Notes: generated by a model from the letters alone, not told the origin. 64,000 bases of DNA from Paraspadella gotoi (GCA_051294375.1 CM119270.1:2232388-2296387), one strand, 5' to 3'; positions 1 through 33,774 are shown, counted from the stretch's first letter. Numbers and translations: made by a program.

Positions 1-1943
1 GTGGAGAAACGAGTCTCGGTAAAAAAAGGAGACGAACGACCTTTTTTCTGATAACGACGATTTCGATGACAATGGCGAAGAGAAAGGAAAGAATAAGTCG
101 ATGGCATCGGGAGAGATGAACGGAGATGGCAACGGGGAAGAGGCGAATGGCGATGGCGATGGTGAGGTGGCGAATGGCGACGGCGAAGAGATCGATGATG
201 AAGATGGCACTGAAAAATAAAATGGAGATGACAACGAATAGAAGACTTGCAACGGTGAAATGGCGAATGGCAATGGTCAAGTAGCGAATGGCAATGGAAA
301 AAAGGCGAATGACAATGACGAAGAGGAGAAAAAGACGATAGCAGCGACGAAAAAGGACATACAGCGACGGAAAAAACCGATGAGAGCAGCGAGTAGTGGA
401 AAGAGTACGATCAGGCACAGCACCGAGAAAAAGACCGATCGAGAGCAACTGAAAAAGACATAGAGCAGCGGGACGATAAAGACAATAGCGAAAAGGAAAG
501 AAAAATAAAGAAAAGAAGACAAGGCAGAAAAAAAAAAAGATAGAAGGGGAGGAGAAAGAGAGGAAAAATAGGAGCAAGAGAAATGAGGAGGAAGAAAAAA
601 AACACAATGGGTAATGTCATGATCTCTAACATACTCCTCTCTCTCATCTATCTTCCTGATTTTTCCTCTAACTATCTTTTATAAAAAACCCAGTATACCC
701 GAAGATACAACTGGAGAGGAAGGATCACAAATAAGCCGAATAAACAACCTGTATTAATATTAATAATTCTAAGCAACACACAACGCCAACAGCCTCTATC
801 TTTCTATAAGAATATTCCTTTCATTTCCACTTTGCTTCTTTTTTATTATACATACATTTTATTATTCTTAAGAATAATTCCTCTACGACCTCGCTCGAAA
901 ATAATCTCACAGGTGCAAATTTAATAGCCAGTGATCTCTCAAACTAAGCGCTCAACAGTCCGCACCGTAAACAGATCGACCCATTCCATCCCAGCGGACT
1001 CTGACAAAAAACACTATATCACAAACGGCGGAAAACATGAACAAAATTATTTCTAGGCACAATGAGAATAAAAGGACAAGAGATAGAGACAGCGGTACCG
1101 GATAAAATACAATCCAAAGGCGAGCGACGTATCAAATATGGCTCAAGTCAGCTTAGCCCGACGAAAGATGAGACTCTTCCCAGGCGACTGTAAGAGATGC
1201 ATTTAGCAATGATCCACCAAAGATATCCCACTATAGTAAGCGCCCAATTTGGCGGAAAAAGACTATAAGCAGCGACTGAATGAAAGAAACGATAAAGCAG
1301 CGGCTCTGTATTATCCTAATGAAAAGATGATTAGTCAAGGCAGACGCTAAAAAAGTACCCACAATTTTCTCCAGACCGGCGAAAACTAGATCAAGGTGAG
1401 AACGCAGACGCAACGTGAAAAAGTACAAGAGCAAGTTGACTCGATAGTCAAGACATAATAGCAGCTGCGCGGGAAAAAGGGCAATAGAAAGCTCGGATCT
1501 CTCTCGGGAAAAAAGAAAATCTCGAAATTAGATTACTCAAGCCACGAAAATAAAAAGACAACGTAGCAGACGACGAAAAAGACAAAAAAAATGAATAGCA
1601 GTTGACGACAAAAAGACGAAGTTACATGGATCAGCCCGAAACAGAGCGATGCGCAAAAAAAAGACGATATAGCAGCGACGAAAAAGACGATAGCAGCGAC
1701 GAAAAGAGACGATATTCAGCAGGATGATAGCGAAAAAGAACAAGGATGCAGCGACGATAAAGACAAGAGAAGCGACGAAAAAGATGAGCAGCGAACGAAA
1801 AAGACGTAAAAGACGACGAACAAAGATGATAGCAGTCAGATGAATAAAAAACAATAGCAATGGCAGAAAAAAGCAAAGTCAGACGACGAAAAAACATCGA
1901 TATGCTAGCGACGATAAAGACTAAAAAAAGTTATTAAACAATG

Positions 1944-2008
<65 letters not shown>

Positions 2009-2395
2009 GAAAATGGGTCGACGAATATCAAGACGATGTCATTAAAGGGAAAGAGAAGAGGACGACGACAACAACGACGACGACAACGAAGAATACAATG
2101 GTGAAGACGACGACGACGAATGAATAACGACGACAACGAAGAATACAAATGCTATATGACGTACGACTATAACGAAGAATACAATGGTATAGACGATCGA
2201 TTGACGATGATGATGACGATAACGAAGGAATACTAATGGTGAAGAACTACTACGACGAAAACAACAACAACGACGTCCCAAGACATTACCGTTTCTCTTC
2301 CTTCTTTGAAATTTCTCTCTGATTCATGCAAATGAGAATGAGTGAGTCTTTGCGAGTGGGAGTCGTGGGTGGCGGTTGTGATTAGGGGACATTTA

Positions 2396-2461
<66 letters not shown>
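2396..2461 (+). repeat. (GAC)n trinucleotide microsatellite
   Basis: Perfect run seen directly. Confidence 0.95.
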
Positions 2462-2948
2462 CATTCACGTCACTGGTCCGATAAATGGAGCGTTTTATGT
2501 ACGCGAAGAATATGCGTGGAAAGCTTTGGTTGCTTCTGCTTCCGATCGTAAACGACGCACATGTTTCCAGCGGAGAATAAGGAACTCGTCGAATTTTAGA
2601 GGGAAAGATGTTCGTTTGACAAACTTTTAATATTTTTTTATATGAACGAGACTGATTAAGTGCTCTCACTCCCAGTTACCTGATTGGTTCACAATGTAAA
2701 TTAGTTTAATAGGTTTTGTTTGTTGCTTAAAAATGTCTTTTTTTTTGTGGCCCGATTAAATTTTTTTCAACCGCCTGAAAAATGTTGCTTAACCTAAAAT
2801 ATATCGGATTCCTGAATATGTGGTTATGTATAGGCCAGATATCGTTAGGTAATAATAAAAATAATATTGTTATTTTCATAAAAAATTAGTAATTACTTCA
2901 AATAGAATAAAATTGTTAATTGATTAAATAATCAAATATTGTTTTCAG

Positions 2949-23766
<20,818 letters not shown>

Positions 23767-24231
23767 TGAACAGGGAGGGAAGAGAGAAGAAAAGGTAATA
23801 CAAAAAAGAATATAAAAAGAGAGGAGAAGATAAAACGAAGAGAAAGCGAAAGATAAGACGAGACAAAAGAGAAGAGAAGGAGATAAGTAGAGAAAGAGAA
23901 AGAATAGAGGAGATTGAAAGAGAGAAGGATATGAGAAAAAGAAAAGAGAGGATGAGGAGATGTGAGATGTGACCGGGAAAGATGAGAGAAGGAGATAGCT
24001 AAGGGGAGTACGACGACGAAGAAAGAATAACGAGTCGCCGAGTCACTGGTCGTCAAGGAGACGGGATAAACAAAAGCCCGACGACGATCAACGCGCGACG
24101 AAAAAGATGAAAACGGTTAGATTGAAGCTCTTTTTAATTTCACTTTTAACTTTCCTTTTTTTTAAAGTTTTTTTATTATATTTTAATTTAATATTTTGTT
24201 GACGAGCAACGATTTCACCTCGTGGTGACGG

Positions 24232-24385
24232 TGAGACAGCATGTCCTGAGCTTTGGATCTGGCAGCAGGTCCTTAGCAGGGGGGGTTACCCGGTCCATCA
24301 CCCTGTGTACATGACGACCTCAGGGGTCGAACCAGGGACGCACATTGGGATGGTGCATTAGGCCACTGAAACGCTGAGGCGCGGC
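24232..24385 (-). mobile_element. tRNA-derived SINE-like fragment
   Basis: Minus strand gcctcag...TTTCAGTGG (A-box-like)...GGTTCGACCC (B box)...ctgaggt, with pairing ends, followed by a GC-rich body. Confidence 0.55.
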
Positions 24386-24922
24386 GAAGGAAGCAGTTTT
24401 AATCCGTCTGTGATGATTATTAGAGTCGAGCACTCAAGAACAAAAAAATTATTTGAATGATCAAACAAGGATATTTAAATGAGAGATTGTATGATTAACT
24501 AGTACAGAAAATATTTATCACTCCACCCTAGTGATGATAGGGCCACCAGATTGTAAGAATTTACATGGACTTCAAAGTGAAACGAAAAAAAAAACTTGAA
24601 CTACAATCGAAAGGAAAAGTGATTGGCCGATTTTGAATTAAAATATCTGAATGACGTGTTTCCCTTTTTTCTTTCAGCCGAACTCATATCCTGGATTCGC
24701 TTCACTACGCTGCCTCACCGTTTCGCCTTAATTCAACAAAACAAAACAAAAAAACAAAAGAACAACGAAAGTAATTATTAAACTTGAATCGACATTTCGC
24801 CAACAAAACAAAAACAAAATTTAAATCTCATGATTAATGATTAATGATTATGTAACATCTCAAAAGTAGAAAAAAAAACTCCGATTATATTTATATATCT
24901 ACTCGTCTTTATGTTTAGTTAT

Positions 24923-24984
<62 letters not shown>

Positions 24985-25939
24985 TTTCCTTCTTCCCCGC
25001 TCTCTCTCTCCCGCCTTTTTCTCATTCTCCGTTCTAATAAATTATCATAGTAAAAAAATTAAGATAAGCGTTTGTCCTCCGGTGTTATGTACAAATTTAA
25101 TAGGATAAATAAAAAAATAGAAATGTTTTCATGATACTGTTCCGTGGTTTTAATTAGAAAATGGTGAATTTAGATAAACATTGTTAAGCATTTAGCTATT
25201 TATTTTTTAATTTTAGAGACAAAATAACACCATTTCTTATATGAAATTGGTACAACCAATATAAATGTATATGTAACGCACGATGAAGAAGGCCGTCTAC
25301 GACGACGACGACGACGACGACTACGACGACAGCGTTTACCACAGGCGCGGCGCTGTGTTAATTTTCCAAGAGGCGAATAAATTGTTTTTCTAAAACCTAA
25401 GAGACTTGAAAAAAAAAATTTAAAAAAAAAGGCTAAACGCAGAATGTCGCCAACTCCGCCCCCCCCCCCGCCTCCCTCTCGGTTTTTTAATCTCTCTCTT
25501 TTTATCTTTATTCATTCTTTTCTTTTCTTTTCTTTTTTTTTCTTTTCTTTTCTTTTTTGTCGCCTTTAATTTTTCTTCGTGATATTTATCTCTATCTCTT
25601 TAATCGCTTCTTTAATTACCTTTCTTTATTTTTTTCTTTATTTTATTTTTTTTATATTACTTCCTTCTTATCTTAATTTTCTTTCGCTGCCATTACTATT
25701 ATTATTAATAATACTACTACGTCTAGAACTGCTATTGCTGCCAGTTTTCGCATTCTTTATATTGGACAAGTTTGATATAATTTGAACTGAGGGAGTACAA
25801 TGTTTGAGTTAGTTATTTCTTTAGTAAGATAGTTTAATTTATTCGTGATAATATACCAAATGTCAAATTTACTGAGGTCAAAAGTGGATGTTATACAAAA
25901 TTCGTTGAAAAAAAAAAAAAAATTTAGTATTTCCCAGAA

Positions 25940-27140
25940 ATAATGATGTCATTGATCTATATATAAAAAATATTGAGATTATGTCATCGTATCAAAATGA
26001 GTGACGTCATCTGTGTAACCGGAAGTGACCAGATCCGGAAGTAATTAAAACCCAAAGTGACCGGAACAGGAAGTGAGCAATCTATAAATAGAATGATGAC
26101 GTCATTATATTAGAATGTGGATGACGTCATCGTATTGGAATGATGATGACGTCATCGGTCTAAACCGGAAGTGACCGGAACCGGAAGTGACCAAAACCAG
26201 AAGTGGCCAGAACCAGAAGTGACCGGAACCGGAAGTGGCCGGAACCAGAAGTGACCGGAACCGGAAGTGGCCGGAAACGGAAGTGACCAATCTATAAATA
26301 GATTGATGTGGCCGGGTTATAGTTGAGCCACAGCGCGACGAAGACCGGACATGAGTAGAGTCACAATACTAAGACAGAAGCTTCGATAAGCATTGAAGTT
26401 TGTCACAGGGAATTTGTGGCGCGTAGTTCAATAGAGAAATATGTTTAGCATGAAGAGTAGTTTCAGATTATGTAGAATAAGTCTTCAGATTAATTAATTA
26501 AGACGTTTTTAATCGAGATTGAAATCTTTGGATTATCGCTAATTCAGAGTTCAGATCTTTGCACTACTCGAAATTTAAACTTTCTTCTTTGACGATCGAA
26601 TTCATTGAGATTAATTATTCATATCTTAGATAATTCGATGAATTGTTTTATCACATGTATTAATGTACTTGCTACATTATTGTGAGGAAATTAAAAACAA
26701 GTTCAAGCATGTTTTACCATGTATTTCATGCGTGAGTAAAAACCGAACTGATTTTTCATAGAATCAATCACAGAAGTAAACAATGGTTGATTCAGAACAA
26801 TTAACTGATTGACAGCCATCTGAGGGGGAAACAGTTATTTGGGAAAAACAAAAGGCATCGAATATCTCTGTTTCAATTCATTAGATCGAGTTTGAGATCG
26901 ATTTATTTCAGGAGCAGGTTTAGCGCTGGGCTATAACTCACTGCTTCTCGATCTCTGATTTCAGGTTCGAATCCTGTTAGGGGCGATCTATTTATAAAAT
27001 AATAGGTCGATCAGCGATCTTTATTGATGACGTCATCGTATTATCTATAAATAGATTGATGACGTCATCAGATTGGAATGTTGATGACGTCATCAGATTG
27101 GAATGTTGATGACGTCATCACTCTAAACCGGAAGTTGGCT
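25940..27140. repeat. Repeat element with arrays of ACCGGAAGTG and GATGACGTCATC units; possibly Helitron-derived
   Basis: Units seen directly at 26000-26290 and 27025-27135; TCTATATATA near 25956 resembles a Helitron 5' end, but no 3' end was found. Confidence 0.5.
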
Positions 27141-28206
27141 CCCAAATTTACCTTATTCTATCTCTCTTAAGGGTTAAATATTTAAAATCCCTTAGATAGG
27201 GTATTGCACAAAAACTTTAGAAATACTAATTTTCTTTATTCGATGGTTTTAAACCTTATATTAAGCCTAACGAAGTGTACTTTAATCGTTAATTCCAAGT
27301 TTGACTTTTAAATATTTGATTTACGCCAACTGATTTACGTCAATTTGGAGTAACGTTTCTGCCTCCTTACTGCTGTCAAGGATATTCAACAAAAATTTTT
27401 GAAAACGCTTTTTTCTAATTAAGTATACATCGTTGTATTGGATTCAGATTTGATTTCTTTTTATTTACGTGTTTGTTGGCGCTGGTGGCGTAAAAACTAC
27501 GCCAAAACGTATTATTTCCTAATTACATATGTGGCGTTAATGATTTTTCAAAAAAAAATGTTAAAATATATAAAGTTAAATAATTGTAAATATTTATATT
27601 TAAATTTTTATACAATCTCCAATTCAAAGTCGATTATTTTTCGGTTTTAATCTTAAATCAAAGAAAAACGAATACCGAAAATAAATCTTAAATCATAGAT
27701 AAAAAGAAACAAAGATACTAAACATAAACCCAGTGGACCAATTTTAGTAAAAGTATCAGAAATTGTGTGATCAATAATGGGTCTTTAGGTTTATGTTTGA
27801 AATTTGTTAAAAATAAAGACTATAATAAAGCTAATACCCATTATAATAATTACAGTTATCATGATATTAAGCAAATGAGGAATGGTTGTAAGCAGAAAAA
27901 AGGCATGATAAATCTTAAGATCATAATAAATATATTATATCAGTTTCATACATTATGATGATTCATAGGCCTTAATATACAGTAGGAAACAATATATAAA
28001 ATGACTATCGCCAGAACTGCTCGCTCTGGCGCATTTTTGCGCATCATTTTTGGGAATTATCAATGATAAATACCTTGAGAGAAATACATTTGCATCTCCT
28101 ATAACCAGAGGTTTTGCGAGGAAAGCCTAGTTTTTGCGCTACAATAAAAAGAAATATTCCTTTCTGTACTATTCCAATATTTTTTTATTTGAAGATTCTT
28201 TTTCGG

Positions 28207-29891
28207 TTTTTAGTCGGATCTGCTTATCAGCAGATCCCGACTCTATAACTCACTTTTTCGGTCCGTCGGTCCGCCCCTCAATATTGTCGGGCACACACTT
28301 ATATCATGTCAGAACATCGAATTATGATAAATTATGCAAAAAAAATGATGTCCGTCGTCTGTCCGTCCGTCGTCCGTCCGTCCGTCCGTCCGTCGTCCGT
28401 CCGTCCGTCCGTCCGTCCGTCCGTCCGTCCGCCGTCGTCCGTCGTCCGTCCGTCCGTCTCTCCGTCCGTCCGTCGTCCCACTTAGCAAAAAACACCAATT
28501 ACTCGTGATTGGATGGATGGATTTAAATGAAATTTGTTGTGAGGAGGGTAAGTGTGTGATTGAGCTGGATATGAAGTTTCGATGGAATCGTCCGAGTGGA
28601 AATGAGTTTAAATGGAAAAACAAAAAAAATATATTCACTATTTGAACACCAATTGCTCATGATGGATGGGCTGATTGACCTGGAATTTTGTATGTGGTAG
28701 GAAAGTGTGTGATTGAACAGGAAATCAAGTTTCGATGGAATAGTTTGAGTGGAAATGAGTTTAAATGGAAAAAAACAAAAAAACTGTTTTACTAATTGAT
28801 TATGCTTCTTTTCCTTTTATATTAAATGTATATGCAGGATGTATTAAAAAATCAAATAATTAATCAGTTAATTAATCAATTAGTAAATAAATTAATCAAT
28901 AATTAATTAATTAGTCAATCAATCCGTCCATCCGTCCCATCTTAGCAAAAAGCTCCAATAACTCGTGATTGGCTGGTTGGATTGGAATTAAATTTTGTGT
29001 GTGAGTAGGAAAGTGTGTGATAAAGCTGGAATATAAAGTTTCGATGGAATCGTTGGAGTGGAAATTAGTTTAAATGGAAAAAACATAAGTCGAATTTACT
29101 AAAATCTTTTTACTTATTTTAACCAATAAATACTCTAATTAATCATAATTGGATGGATAGATTGAGTTGAAATTTTGTGTGTGGGTAGGAAAATGTGTAA
29201 CGCAGCTTGATAAAAAGTTTCAGTGGAAACGTACCAGTGGAAATGAGTTTAAATGAAAAAAATATGAGTCACATTACTTGAATCTTTTTATTTATTTTAA
29301 CCATGATAGATTGAGATGAAATTTTGTGAGCCAGTAGGAAAGTGAGTGAAGAAGCTAGATATAAAGTTTTGACGGAATGCAAGTTGAAAAAATTATGCAA
29401 GTTGAAAAAATGATGCAAGTTAAAAAAATCTTAAAAGCATAAGGATCGTCGCTATTGCATAAAAAGAGAGAGAGAGAGAGAAAGAGAGAGTGAGAGAGAG
29501 AGAGAGAGTGAGAGAAAGAGAAAGAGAGAGAGTGAGAGAGAGAGAGAGAGAGAAGAAGACATAAAATAAAAAATCTTAAAAGACTCAAGATCGAGCCAGA
29601 GCCCACTATCAAAGAAAATTAATTAAAAAACCCGGGAAAAAAACGAATGAATCATGCGATAACGAATATTGATGTAATAGTAATTGATTGAGGTAATACT
29701 AATTGATTGATGTAATAGTAATTTATTGATGTAATAGGAATTGATTATTGATTCGATGATAATCAATTATTGATGCGATGATAGTCATTCATTGCTGTGA
29801 TGATAGTCATTCACTGATGCGATGATTGTCATTCATTGATGCGATGATAGTCAATAAAACAAACAAATGCGTGTATGAGTGAAAGAGAGAG

Positions 29892-29942
<51 letters not shown>

Positions 29943-30382
29943 TGAGAGAGAGAGAGAGAGAGAGAAAAAGAAAGAGAGAGAGAGAGAAAAAGAAAGAGAA
30001 TAAATCCACGAAAATCTCGGATGAAAATATGGATTTTGTATTGAAAAAAAGCGCGGATAAATCGTAATAATGAAAAGTTTTTAGAAGGAAAAAAATAATC
30101 AGAATTTTTCAAAAAACAAACGATCACGCAAGAGATCGGACAGAGAGGGACAGACACACACAGGAGAAAAAGAGAGAGAGAGACAGCCGCTGCAGAGAAA
30201 AAAGAGAGAGAGAGAAGCTCTACAGCCCCTTTACTCGTTAAAGAATCAGCAGTACCTATGGCGCCGGACGTAGCGTGAGCTCTTCTCTACCCAAAGGACC
30301 CGGGTTTGCACCCTCTTCGCCGCCATCGTTTTTTACATTAGTGAGCCCACATTATATCTAAAATTTTTTTTGTAAAAAAAAA

Positions 30383-30415
<33 letters not shown>

Positions 30416-30976
30416 AAGAAGCTGGACAGACGCTGCAGAGCCGGAACTCGTTTTTAGACAAATCAGAAGAAGCAGTGACAGAGAAAAGAGAGAGAGAGAG
30501 AGCGACATATATTTAAAAGAAAGAGAGAGGAGAGAGCGACATATAATTAAAACGTTTTTGTTTTGTAAATAAAACATAAACAAATACGAATATTGATATG
30601 AAACATGAGAATTTTAAAGATCTTGATCTTAGAAGCCATATATGAAATTTCAACTCCCTATGATATCACACTTTCAGAAGCCATGATTGCAAAAAAACGT
30701 GACCGAAAGCTAAACCGAATCAAAATCTAGCCAGGACGGGCTTTGCCCGCCTGGCTCGATAATAGAGGATATTTGTTTGTTTTGATAAAATGTAAACAAA
30801 ACATTTAATAACTGTCCTGACTCAATTTGAAGGACATCGATGATGACAAGCTGAATATAAATTATAATTAATTATTAAAATTAATTAATTAATTAATCTA
30901 TTAATTAATTATTTAATTAATCTATTAATTAATTAATTATCGTAGGCAGATCCGACATTGTTTGCTCAAACTTGTT
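28207..30976 (+). mobile_element. DINE-1/HINE-like non-autonomous Helentron, family 1 (full-length, with nested insertion)
   Basis: 5' subTIR GTCGGATCTGC (28213-28223) with nearby inverted copy (28230-28241), (GTCC)n microsatellite, ~150-bp internal tandem repeats, 3' subTIR GCAGATCCGAC (30946-30956), terminal hairpin GTTTG-CT-CAAAC, T-rich flanks. Confidence 0.8.
29566..30763 (-). mobile_element. HINE-like element, family 2, nested in family 1
   Basis: Inverted subterminal repeats TCGAGCCAG (29591-29599) / CTGGCTCGA (30751-30759), 5' palindrome AGCCAGGACGGGC-TTT-GCCCGCCTGGCT, 3' hairpin at 29574-29590; related copies at 13265-13590, 51680-52000, 53968-55714, 61720-61820. Confidence 0.72.
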
Positions 30977-32150
30977 AGTTAGAGTTACGCTTACGCTACC
31001 TATATTCAAAAAATTAAATTTTTCTTTTCAGTATTTTCCATACAGTAAATATTTCAAAAAGCCTTGTTTTTTGGTATCAAATTCGCTATTATTTTTCGGC
31101 CGATAGAGAAATAAAAATTTCGTCGAATACTGCTAATCCCTACCTTAGAGAGTTCTATTTGTATAACCAAATCTTACTTTCTTATAAAATCTTATTAGAA
31201 TTTGTAGAGTAATTTGGTCAGGGACGATTTGACTTAAAAAAATCTAATAATTTTTAATTTGAAGTCTTTCATAATCATAATTTTTTAACCTTATTTATAA
31301 ACTACTACAAAAAACTTAGTAATAAGGTTAGTAGTAACTTTATTTTGATTAATTAAAGTATGCCAGCTGAATAACAGCTCATTTTTTCCCAAAATCTGAC
31401 GTGGAAAATCCATAAAGAGCATTTGGGGATATTTTTTAATGTGATATTCGTTTTCTCCACAAAATTTGGCACAAGAAACTTTGCAGGTATCAGGAACTTT
31501 CAAAAATGCATGATTTTTCTGGGAGCTCTACTCCGCACTAGCATCAAAATACAAGGAGCTGAATTTTATGAAATTGGTACAACCAATATAAAAATTATCC
31601 ATTCACTATCTTGCCCCTGACTTTGGACAGGCTTTGGTGGTTTAAGGCCTCCATCACTCTTACAAGATAATGACATAGCAGGAATATTAGAATAAATTTA
31701 AAAAAAAATTATTTGAATTATCAAACAAGGATATTTAAATATGATATAGTATGAATATTGAATAACTAGTATAAAAATATTATTTATATTGTTTCAGGAA
31801 TAGAATAGTAAAATATAATATATTTATAGTAATATTCTTATAAAATATTAAATTTTAAAAATAATTTTTTTTAAAGCTTTTAATAAAAATTCAGATTCTT
31901 CATAAAAAGTTGAATCAAAAATATAAAATATATTATTAAAAATTCGATCATTTTCAGCATTTAAAATAGAAAAATAATAAAAATTTATAACTTTTTTATT
32001 CTCTGTAATAAAAACTTATATATATTAAAACGTTTTAATTATTTTTTATGATCTAAATATTGTATTAATCCTTTCTTTTGTTGTTTGTTGAGATTAATTA
32101 AAAACGAAATATTTTCGTGGAACAACAATAAAGTTTTTTATTAATTTTAG

Positions 32151-32185
32151 GACATGTTTCGGCTTACAACTCAAGCCTTCATCAG
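32151..32185 (-). ncRNA. Minimal hammerhead ribozyme motif (Penelope-type), inverted copy
   Basis: Reverse complement CTGATGA-A-GGCTT-GAGTTGT-AAGCC-GAAAC-ATGTC. Confidence 0.8.
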
Positions 32186-32218
32186 CATTTGAAATCACAA
32201 ATAATTTATTTCACAAAC

Positions 32219-32257
<39 letters not shown>

Positions 32258-33018
32258 TCCAACAAAGAATTTAGTAAAGGAAAGTGGTCAGATGTGAGGA
32301 CAGGTGAAGATGAGGACAGGGATGAAAAACATTGAATGTGAAATTGGTGAAAACGACGGCTGCAGGAGGAGGGGGAGGAGTCTGTATCTCCTGTACCAAA
32401 ACAGGCCAGAACAGGCAATCGCCCGCCTCACCGTCAGGTGAGAGGAGGGCATTCGGCAGGCTTAACAGGTCAGAGAGACATTCGAGTGGCACTGGGCATT
32501 CTTCCAGGTGGGTCATTACCAGATCCCAGCCTAACTCCACCACAATACTCTCTCAACCTATGACAGGCCTATGAACCAAAATTCATCAGTAATATCCCTT
32601 ATTTGCCCGACTGGGGGGGGACCAGCTCATTTTGAGCTCTTTCTTTACTTATTTTTCTCTTACCTTTTTATCTTAACTATCTCTCACAAACTATCCTTTT
32701 CCATCTCATTTTCAATATTTCACTATTTCAAAAATGCACAAACAGCCTAATTTAATTTATTTCAATCTTTGTTATGTCTAGTTTATAATACTATTTATCT
32801 TTGTTGTACATTGCCTAATGTATACGATTATTTCTCTCTCTCTCTGTCTCTCTCTCTCCCTCTCTCAATTTCACATTCAATCTTTTTCATCTCTGTCCTC
32901 ATCTTAACCTGTCCTCACATCTTACCACTTTCCTTTACTAAATTCTTTGTTGGAACTCTCCCTCTCTCTCTCTCTCTCTCTCAATGTTTGTGAAATAAAT
33001 TATTTGTGATTTCAAATG

Positions 33019-33053
33019 CTGATGAAGGCTTGAGTTGTAAGCCGAAACATGTC
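33019..33053 (+). ncRNA. Minimal hammerhead ribozyme motif (Penelope-type)
   Basis: CTGATGA core, stem II GGCTT/AAGCC, GAAA, palindromic helix III ACATGT, GUC cleavage triplet. Confidence 0.82.
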
Positions 33054-33127
33054 CTAAAGTTAATAAAAAACTTTATTGTTGTTCCACAAAAATATTTCGT
33101 TTTTAATTGATCTAAATATTAAAATAT

Positions 33128-33526
33128 TGAAGAGACAGTGATAATTGTTATGTGACAGAACCATTCAATATAAGCTTTGGATCAGGCTGTAACACCATGT
33201 TACAGGCGGGTTAAGCGCCCCGTCCCCCTTAACTGCAAGGCGGCCACCGGGCTAGAACCGCGGAACTTTGGGTTGGGAGGCGAATGACTTGCCTCCGGCA
33301 CCAATGGCCGCTGATGAACGGTTGGTGGATTTTAGTCAACCATACATCCCCCCCTCCCGTAGGGAGAAGTCTGATGTGTCTCTTCAGTGAATTGTTGTTG
33401 TTGGTAGAAAATGTGTCACCAAGTTGAGGCATGTCGCCTGATGTGTTGTTGGCGGAAAGTGCATCGCCAGGTTGAGGCATGTCGCCTGAAAGTGTTGTTG
33501 TTGCTGTTGTGTTCGGAAGTCGGGCT
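33128..33526 (-). mobile_element. Truncated copy of the tRNA-LTR TRIM (3' LTR 33128-33346, PPT, internal region, partial PBS)
   Basis: Reverse complement matches 50115-50524; PPT seen as tccccccctccc at 33347-33358. Confidence 0.88.
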
Positions 33527-33774
33527 TTGCCTTTAATCAGTCTGGAAATTGTTGCTGTATTAAGTAAGCCAAAGCATATTCAAGGATAAATTTTACTTCA
33601 TAAAAAATTGAAATTATTTATAATAAATTTAATAAATTAAAAATAAAGAATTATTATTATTTACATAATCTTATGTATAATAAATATATGATAATATTTA
33701 AATTATAAAAATCAGTATTATATTTTTTTTAAATATTTTTTTAAATTTAATAATTTTAATTTTATTTTATTTTT

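Larger units (their letters stand above)
32062..33107 (+). mobile_element. 5'-truncated Penelope-like retroelement: pLTR with inverted partial pLTR at the 5' end
   Basis: ~32095-32346 is an inverted copy of ~32866-33108; flanked by the 13-bp direct repeat TGATCTAAATATT (32049-32061, 33108-33120); body homologous to the 3' region of the GIY-YIG-bearing fragment at 34340-35110. Confidence 0.85.

Noticed and set aside
1-2050. Purine-rich ORF-like sequence (MANGNGQVANGNG...)
   Set aside because: Degenerate simple repeats with no splice or homology support; likely intron of the TMTC3 gene
2485-2580. Peptide KLWLLLLPIV resembling the TMTC 'WLLL.P..LC.DW' motif as a possible upstream exon
   Set aside because: No following C-x-DW, in-frame stop, and no convincing splice sites
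26910-26986. Possible tRNA gene with GGTTCGAATCC
   Set aside because: Acceptor and anticodon stems do not pair; at most a degenerate tRNA-derived remnant
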